Part shown: piece by piece, positions 58,053-64,000 of the stretch
Layout of the letters: each line of letters opens with the position of its first letter
How positions within the stretch are numbered: position 1 is the stretch's first letter
Assembly (NCBI GenBank): GCA_903824785.1
Contig: CAIJYD010000099.1
Location: 35,662 to 99,661 of the forward strand
DNA length: 64,000 bases
Direction: 5' to 3'
Origin: an uncultured Bacteroidota bacterium
GTDB taxonomy: Bacteria; Bacteroidota; Bacteroidia; Bacteroidales; VadinHA17
The notes under the pieces: generated by a model
Seen by the model: the letters and a program-made list of their open reading frames with translations, nothing else
Told to the model about the DNA's origin: nothing
Databases searched by the model: none
Program-made: the position numbers and the translations under genes

Positions 58053-58963
58053 ACCTTGGCTTCTCTATTGGCGATCTGGATTTTAAAAATCCTGTTCTTA
58101 CTGCCTCAGGAACTTTTGGATATGGGCCCGAATTTGATGACTTTCTTGATGTTTCAAGGTTGGGTGGGATATTTGTAAAGGGAACAACCCTTGAACCAAG
58201 AGAAGGCAACCTTTATCCGCGAATGGCTGAAACCCCTTCTGGAATGCTGAATGCTGTTGGTCTGCAGAATAAAGGAATTGATTACTTCGAGAAGAATATT
58301 TATCCTCGGATATCCGGGTATGATACTAATGTCATAGTAAATATAAATGGCAGTTATATTGGTGATTATGTGGCTCTTGCTGAAAGAATTAATGCTCTTG
58401 ACAAGATCCCGGCCATTGAACTGAATATCTCTTGTCCTAATGTAAAAATGGGAGGAATGGCATTTGGAACAAATCCCGGTTCAGCACGTGAGGTGACAAA
58501 GGCTGTTAGGGCTGTTTATGGTAAAAAGCTTATTGTTAAGTTATCGCCAAATGTTACAAATATTGTTGATTTTGCAAGGATCGTTGAAGAGGAGGGTGCC
58601 GATTCAATTTCCCTCATTAATACATTGCTTGGCATGTCGGTCGATGTCAGGAAAATGAAGCCTGCATTATCAACAATTACAGGCGGGTTGTCGGGACCGG
58701 CAATTAAACCTGTGGCTCTGAGGATGGTATGGCAGGTTGCAAAAGAGGTGAAGATTCCGGTAATTGGCATGGGAGGCATAATGACCACCTCCGATGCTCT
58801 GGAGTTTATTCTGGCAGGGGCAACTGCTGTACAGGTCGGCACAGCTTCATTTATTGATCCTCAGGCTTCAATAAAAATCCTTGAAGGAATTGAAAAATAC
58901 CTGATCGAAAAAGGTTTTTCAGATATTAAGGATATTGTGGGTTATATCAACAGGAATTCCTGA
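58046..58963 (+). CDS. pyrD: Dihydroorotate dehydrogenase B catalytic subunit
   Basis: 305 aa. [19 protein letters not shown], and [10 protein letters not shown] motifs. Overlaps pyrK by 7 nt. Confidence 0.93.
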   Translation: MVNLGFSIGDLDFKNPVLTASGTFGYGPEFDDFLDVSRLGGIFVKGTTLEPREGNLYPRMAETPSGMLNAVGLQNKGIDYFEKNIYPRISGYDTNVIVNINGSYIGDYVALAERINALDKIPAIELNISCPNVKMGGMAFGTNPGSAREVTKAVRAVYGKKLIVKLSPNVTNIVDFARIVEEEGADSISLINTLLGMSVDVRKMKPALSTITGGLSGPAIKPVALRMVWQVAKEVKIPVIGMGGIMTTSDALEFILAGATAVQVGTASFIDPQASIKILEGIEKYLIEKGFSDIKDIVGYINRNS

Positions 58964-59100
58964 ACCTGGCCTGCTTGATTATTATTCTTGCTAAAAAATT
59001 AAAAACATTTCATTGTTCATAATGAGGATATCTCTTTTTACTTTAAATTTGTAAGAATTTTAAATCATATTGTTTAGTATTATAATCAATCATAATAAAA

Positions 59101-59571
59101 ATGTCAGAAAGCTTACAAATTGATAATCTTGATAAGAAGATTCTCGATATTATAACAAAGAATGCCAGAATACCATACCTTGAAGTTGCAAGGGAGTGCG
59201 GTGTTTCAGGAGCTGCTATTCATCAGCGTGTTCAGAGGCTGATCCGGATCGGTGTAATAAGGGGTTCAGAATTTAAGGTCGATCCTGTGATGGTTGGCTT
59301 TAAAACCTGTGCCTATATAGGTATTTTTCTTGATCATCCCGGCCATTTCAGGGAAGTAGTGGATAAATTTAAGGATATTCCCGAGATAATTGAATGCCAT
59401 TATACGACCGGTAATTATTCTTTATTTATTAAAGTCTATACCCGCGATAATGAACATCTCAGAATGATTCTTACGGATACAATTCAGAATATTCCGGGCA
59501 TTGTACGAACTGAAACTTTAATTTCACTCGAGGAATCGATAAACAGACAGATACCTGTCCTGTCAAGATAA
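59101..59571 (+). CDS. Lrp/AsnC family transcriptional regulator
   Basis: 156 aa. LDKKILDIITKNARIPYLEVARECGVSGAAIHQRVQRL HTH plus a C-terminal RAM-like domain. Confidence 0.88.
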   Translation: MSESLQIDNLDKKILDIITKNARIPYLEVARECGVSGAAIHQRVQRLIRIGVIRGSEFKVDPVMVGFKTCAYIGIFLDHPGHFREVVDKFKDIPEIIECHYTTGNYSLFIKVYTRDNEHLRMILTDTIQNIPGIVRTETLISLEESINRQIPVLSR

Positions 59572-59947
59572 AAGTACAGGTACTAATGGTGCAACTCTGT
59601 CTTTGTAACTTACCAGGACAGTTTTAACCATGCACGGTTAAGGTTAAAGTATTTTGAATATTTTACTCACAAGTTTCAAAACTTACTTGCTTTTAAATCA
59701 ACGAAATAGATTTTTTATAGATTAAATTTAATATTTTAGTCAGGAAAAGCTGTAATTTTATCTGATTAATACCGTTAACATTTATTAAATGGTTAGGCAG
59801 ACCGGAGAGCGTCTGCTGATATTAACAGTCATATAGCAAGGCTGTTTGCTGGGCAAAGTCGTACCAGATATTAGTAAACAGGTTGATTTTACGAAGAGTC
59901 ACAGGATTAAAACTAATGGTTAAAAAACTAATTTCAGGAACATTGAG

Positions 59948-62900
59948 ATGAAGAAGTCTTTACTATTTCTTTTATTATTTGTCAGCCTGACAATTCAGGC
60001 ACAGACAACTTACTATGTTTCAACGGGTGGTAATGATGCAACAGGTACAGGTACCCTGGCTAATCCATGGAAAACTTTATTAAAGGCGACCACCAGTGTA
60101 ACCGTATCTGGCTCTTTGATACATATTGCTGCAGGGACCTATCTGGAAAATACAAGATGCGCATTATCTGCAGGAGTTAGTATTGAAGGAGAAGGAACCT
60201 CTACAATAATTACGAATACCTCTCTCACTTCAAGGATTAATTATGGGCCAAGCGGCAGCAATGGCGATGCTATTATAAATCTGGTATCTCCATCAGTTAT
60301 TAATGGGAATCAGGAAATAAGAAATCTGAAATTTGACGGGGCTAGTCTTACAAGCAGCCACTCCATTTATATTATGAACAGGCATAATGTAAAGATTCAT
60401 AATTGTACCTTTTTGAATTTTAATTATTGTGCTGTTGTTTGGTGGGCAAGCGGAACAAGTGATGGAGTAGCTCCGGCAACCCGTTTGTCTGGTAGTGAAT
60501 TTTATAGCAATACAGTTACAAACTGCGCCGGTTATAATTCAGCTGATGCTTCATTTTATGGAGCTTTGTATTGTGGAGGCCATACAGGGATGCTGATCCA
60601 CGATAATGTAATGATAGAAAACGGCCATTCATCAGGGAACCAGGGCTGGCCAATTAAATTCTGGCTCTGGGGAGGAATGATGCTTGGTTGTAAAATATAT
60701 GATAACTATCTTGAGAAAACGGATTTTTCAGTTTGGGATTTTGTTATTGAGAGCACCGGTGAAGATGGAATGGAGATTTATAACAATACGATGATAGGCG
60801 GTATTGATCTGAATAAACAAAACTACAGCGGGGTATATCCCTGGTCAGTTTATATTCATGATAACCAGATAGGGCCTTCGGCAGAAGTATCGGCACTTTC
60901 TGTTTCCGGAATAACACTGGAGCATAATAATTCGCACGTGTTAATTGAAAGAAATATAATTCAAAATTGTAGTCCTGCTATATTATTTACTCCAAGAACA
61001 ACTGCTCAGTCAGAAATAATAATCAGATATAATATTATGAAGACCATTCGAAACAGCGATTATTATACTGAAGGCATTACGATGAATCCAGGTGGAACAG
61101 GAACAACTATTGATGGATTCTATATATATAATAATGTAATTGAAGGAACCTCAGGCAGTACTGATTATGGAATAAGATTAGTACATGCCGGGGGAGGGGC
61201 AATTTCATCAGCAAATAACGTAAGGATAATAAATAATATATTCTTGAATTTTAACGGCTATAACGGATCATATTTATATCTTACAGGTGCTTCTGTTTAT
61301 ACTAACTTATATGTACAGAACAATTTGTTGTTTAATAATGGAAATTCAAACGGTGTATTATTTACAGGAACTCCGGCTTCTTATACTAATTCAGGAAATA
61401 TAATTGGTAATCCATTATTCGTCGGGGGCTCTCCATATTCATATCAGCTTCAGAGTGGATCGCCTGGAAAAGATACCGGGTTGGATATTGGTTTAACAAG
61501 TGATTTTCAGAATTTTGTTGTCCCGTTTAATACAGTTCCCGACATTGGGGCATATGAGTTTGGGGCAATTGGTATACCGGGTTATTTAAGTTCTTCTGTT
61601 GAAGATGCAGCACCTTCTGTTCTGGCTGTGACCTATAATCTTACTCTGGCAAATGTAGTCCCTGATGCAACGGCATTTGCTGTTATGGTCAATTCAGTGG
61701 CAAGAACGGTCAGCACAGTTGCCATATCCGCCTCAAAAGTGTTGTTAACGCTGGCGAGTCCTGTTGTAAATGGGGATGTTGTTACAGTGGCATATACAAA
61801 ACCTGTCTTAAACCCGTTACAGACCGCTTCCGGCGGTCAGGCCGAAACGTATAGTTCTAAAACTGTAACCAATAATGTAAGTGCTGTTATCCCGGCATAT
61901 GTAAGTTCTGTTGTCGAAAATGCTAGTCCAACACTTCTTACAATGACATATAGCATTACACTAACCGGTACTGCTCCAGCCCCTTCGGCTTTTGCAGTTG
62001 TGGTAAATTCAGTATCAAGAACTGTAAATTCAGTGTTAATTGTTGCTGGTAAAGTTCAGCTGACTCTGGCCAGTGCAGTTGTCTTTGGTGATGTTGTGAC
62101 GGTGGCGTATACAAAGCCTGTTTTAAATCCGCTGCAGACCTCTTCAGGCAGTCAGGCGGTAACTCTTAGTGCCACAGGTGTAACAAATAATCTTAACTCC
62201 ACTATCCCGGCATATGTAAGTTCTGTTGTCGAAGATGCTACTCCAACGCTGCTTACAATGACTTATAGCCTTACGTTAACAGGTACTGCTCCGGCCCCAT
62301 CGGCTTTTGCAGTTCTGGTAAATTCAGCAGCAAGAACTGTAAATTCACTTATTATTACAGCAGGTAAAGTTCAGCTTACTCTGGCCAGTGCTGTTGCTTA
62401 TGGAGATCTTATTACAGTGGCTTATACAAAACCTGTTTTAAATCCGCTTCAGACTGCTTCAGGCTTGCAGGCAGCCTCCCTCAATGCGGCATCAGTAACA
62501 AATAATGTTAGTCCTGTAACCCCGGTTTATGTAAGTTCTGTAATTGAAAATACAACACCTGCTTTGCTTGAAATGACTTATCAGCCCGCACTGGCTAACA
62601 TCAATCCGGGTAATCTGGCATTTTCAGTTAAAGTCAATACAGTATCCAGAGCAGTGAATTCAGTTTCGATCAGCAGCACCAAGGTTCAGCTGACTCTGGC
62701 AATTGCTGTGGTTTATGGAGATGTTGTGACAGTAGCATATACAAAACCGGTAGCAAACCCTTTGCAAACTTCTTCCGGCGTACAGGCAGCCAGCCTTACT
62801 GCAACATCAGTAACAAATAATGTAACTCCTCCAATCCCGGCTTATGTAAGTTCTGTAATTGAAAATTCAACACCCGCTTTGCTTGAAATGACTTACCAGC

Positions 62901-64000
62901 TCTCCCTGGCTAATATTAATCCGGGTAATTCAGCATTTTCAGTTAAGGTTAATACTGTAACAAGGAGTGTAAATTCAGTTTCTATCAGTGGCACAAAGGT
63001 ACAACTTACTCTGGCAAGCGCTGTGGCTTACGGTGATGTGGTGACAGTTGCTTATACTAAGCCTGTAGTAAATCCGTTACAAACTTCATCAGGCGGACAG
63101 GCAGCCACTCTCAGCGCTTCATCAGTGACAAATAATGTCAGCCCTGCAATCCCGGTTTATGTCAGCTCTGTAATTGAAAATTCAACACCGGCATTACTTG
63201 AAATGACTTATCAGCTCTCTCTGGCTAATATCAATCCGGGTAATTCGGCATTTTCAGTTAAGGTGAATTCATTAACCAAAATTGTAAATTCAGTTTCGAT
63301 AAGTGGCACAAAGGTTCAGCTGACTCTGGCTGGCGCTGTGGCTTATGGAGATGTTGTGACAGTGGCATATACAAAACCTGTTGTAAATCCGTTACAAACT
63401 TCATCGGGCGGACAGGCAGCTTCTCTTAGTGCCAGATCTGTAAACAATAATGTAAGTCCGGTAAATCCGGTATATATAACTTCTGCAATTGAGAATGCGA
63501 CCCCGGCAATTATGTCCATATCATTCAGCGAAGCTCTGGCTGGCATTTTACCTAATTTATCTGCTTTTACCGTGCTGGTAAATTCTATTCCTCAAACTGT
63601 TAATTCAGTAGCTGTTAGCGGGGCTATCGTAACTTTGACTCTGGCTAAAGCTGTTCTTAACGGGGATGCTGTCACAATCGCCTATACTAAACCTGGTTCT
63701 AATCCGTTGCAGACTTCAAGCGGTGGTCAGGTTGCCACTTTTTCTGCCCAAACCGTGAATAACAATGTCGGCGTAGTTAATAGTGCCCCGGTAATTGTTG
63801 TACATTATCCGGATACATGCCGGTCAGGATTTGTCGGTGAAATTGATGCTTCAGAAAGTACTGATTTTAACAATGATATTCTTTTATTTAGCTGGATTCC
63901 TCCTGCCGGGGTTGATGTCTCATCGTCAGCTCTTTCAAAGATTCAATTCCTTGCTCCGGTTGTCAACAGCATTAAAACAATTAGTTTTACTTTGAATGTG
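59948..64000 (+). CDS. Very large secreted surface protein (partial, 3' end beyond window): signal peptide, right-handed beta-helix domain, seven 105-aa Ig-like repeats, PKD-like domain
   Basis: Absent from the ORF track because no stop codon occurs before the window end. I translated the first ~2.3 kb of the frame starting at ATG 59948 by hand and saw no stop. Beyond that, the exact 315-bp (105-codon) period and the track showing no competing ORFs between 59572 and 63342 support continuity to 64000 (1351 codons in all). N-terminus MKKSLLFLLLFVSLTIQAQ, then TTYYVSTGGNDATGTGTLANPWKTL, typical of pectate-lyase-fold proteins. The helix domain ends …VPDIGAYEFG. The last ~70 aa (IDASESTDFNNDILLFSW) look PKD-like. 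Confidence 0.85.
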   Translation, partial: MKKSLLFLLLFVSLTIQAQTTYYVSTGGNDATGTGTLANPWKTLLKATTSVTVSGSLIHIAAGTYLENTRCALSAGVSIEGEGTSTIITNTSLTSRINYGPSGSNGDAIINLVSPSVINGNQEIRNLKFDGASLTSSHSIYIMNRHNVKIHNCTFLNFNYCAVVWWASGTSDGVAPATRLSGSEFYSNTVTNCAGYNSADASFYGALYCGGHTGMLIHDNVMIENGHSSGNQGWPIKFWLWGGMMLGCKIYDNYLEKTDFSVWDFVIESTGEDGMEIYNNTMIGGIDLNKQNYSGVYPWSVYIHDNQIGPSAEVSALSVSGITLEHNNSHVLIERNIIQNCSPAILFTPRTTAQSEIIIRYNIMKTIRNSDYYTEGITMNPGGTGTTIDGFYIYNNVIEGTSGSTDYGIRLVHAGGGAISSANNVRIINNIFLNFNGYNGSYLYLTGASVYTNLYVQNNLLFNNGNSNGVLFTGTPASYTNSGNIIGNPLFVGGSPYSYQLQSGSPGKDTGLDIGLTSDFQNFVVPFNTVPDIGAYEFGAIGIPGYLSSSVEDAAPSVLAVTYNLTLANVVPDATAFAVMVNSVARTVSTVAISASKVLLTLASPVVNGDVVTVAYTKPVLNPLQTASGGQAETYSSKTVTNNVSAVIPAYVSSVVENASPTLLTMTYSITLTGTAPAPSAFAVVVNSVSRTVNSVLIVAGKVQLTLASAVVFGDVVTVAYTKPVLNPLQTSSGSQAVTLSATGVTNNLNSTIPAYVSSVVEDATPTLLTMTYSLTLTGTAPAPSAFAVLVNSAARTVNSLIITAGKVQLTLASAVAYGDLITVAYTKPVLNPLQTASGLQAASLNAASVTNNVSPVTPVYVSSVIENTTPALLEMTYQPALANINPGNLAFSVKVNTVSRAVNSVSISSTKVQLTLAIAVVYGDVVTVAYTKPVANPLQTSSGVQAASLTATSVTNNVTPPIPAYVSSVIENSTPALLEMTYQLSLANINPGNSAFSVKVNTVTRSVNSVSISGTKVQLTLASAVAYGDVVTVAYTKPVVNPLQTSSGGQAATLSASSVTNNVSPAIPVYVSSVIENSTPALLEMTYQLSLANINPGNSAFSVKVNSLTKIVNSVSISGTKVQLTLAGAVAYGDVVTVAYTKPVVNPLQTSSGGQAASLSARSVNNNVSPVNPVYITSAIENATPAIMSISFSEALAGILPNLSAFTVLVNSIPQTVNSVAVSGAIVTLTLAKAVLNGDAVTIAYTKPGSNPLQTSSGGQVATFSAQTVNNNVGVVNSAPVIVVHYPDTCRSGFVGEIDASESTDFNNDILLFSWIPPAGVDVSSSALSKIQFLAPVVNSIKTISFTLNV
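61577..63781 (+). repeat. Seven in-frame tandem copies of a 315-bp (105-codon) unit inside the surface-protein gene
   Basis: Unit starts (CCGG[CGT]TTAT / CCGGCATAT / CCGGTATAT, encoding P-x-Y) at 61577, 61892, 62207, 62522, 62837, 63152 and 63467, exactly 315 bp apart. Recurrent peptide core: Y-[VL]-S-S-V-[VI]-E-[ND]…F-x-V-x-V-N-S…V-Q-L-T-L-A…Y-G-D-V-V-T-V-A-Y-T-K-P-V-x-N-P-L-Q-T. Confidence 0.92.

Noticed and set aside
63343-63546. 67-aa minus-strand ORF inside the repeat array
   Set aside because: It is antisense to the long open frame of the surface protein, and low-complexity repeats commonly leave the antisense frame open.
61577-63781. Regularly spaced repeats considered as a CRISPR-like or noncoding satellite array
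   Set aside because: The units are contiguous with no spacers. The 315-bp period is a multiple of three, the frame stays open throughout, and the encoded 105-aa units are protein-like. This is a coding tandem domain array.
1-64000. Search for mobile elements, prophage, defence islands, CRISPR arrays, tRNA or rRNA genes
   Set aside because: No ORF shows integrase, transposase, recombinase, restriction, Cas or toxin-antitoxin hallmarks. No tRNA-like cloverleaf or T-loop motifs were seen in the intergenic regions. The only RNA gene supported is rnpB. A proper tRNAscan/Infernal run would still be needed to be certain.

Overview
The window reads as an AT-rich chromosomal segment of a Bacteroidota, probably Bacteroidales-like, organism. 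The taxonomic call rests on four things: A/T-rich leaders lacking Shine-Dalgarno sequences, TAnnTTTG-type promoter boxes, an 11-gene nuo operon without nuoEFG, and an ExbB-ExbD-ExbD-TonB cluster with PstS-like and TPR partners. It is densely coding and mostly housekeeping.

Left to right:
- argS-ffh-folD, a PD40 lipoprotein and a TPR protein
- a phosphosulfolactate synthase homolog next to aroE
- nuoABCDHIJKLMN on the minus strand, plus a trailing 117-aa orphan, then truA
- an SSS transporter with a small downstream membrane ORF, and threonine aldolase
- the TonB energizer cluster, queA, RNase P RNA (rnpB), a LolA-like protein and kdsA
- a GH9 hydrolase, rarA, ggt, a 384-aa unknown, an omega-amidase-like CN hydrolase and a YdiJ-like FAD/Fe-S oxidase
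- a six-gene acyl-phosphate fermentation cluster: pta, hbd-like, ackA, ptb, ptb, buk
- an SDR, proC, slyD and a DAACS transporter
- an XRE-type regulator preceded by an array of near-palindromic 12-mers
- pyrK-pyrD, an Lrp/AsnC regulator, and a very large secreted beta-helix protein with seven 315-bp in-frame tandem repeats that runs off the window end

I found no transposase, integrase, CRISPR array, tRNA, rRNA or recognisable defence system. I do not see a clear-cut novel multi-gene system. The most interesting items are:
- the fermentation cluster architecture
- the operator-like array in the 750-bp spacer before the XRE gene
- the orphan gene trailing the nuo operon
- a 208-bp nested palindromic element
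- the repeat-bearing surface protein

All coordinates and motifs were read by eye. No database search or folding computation was run.
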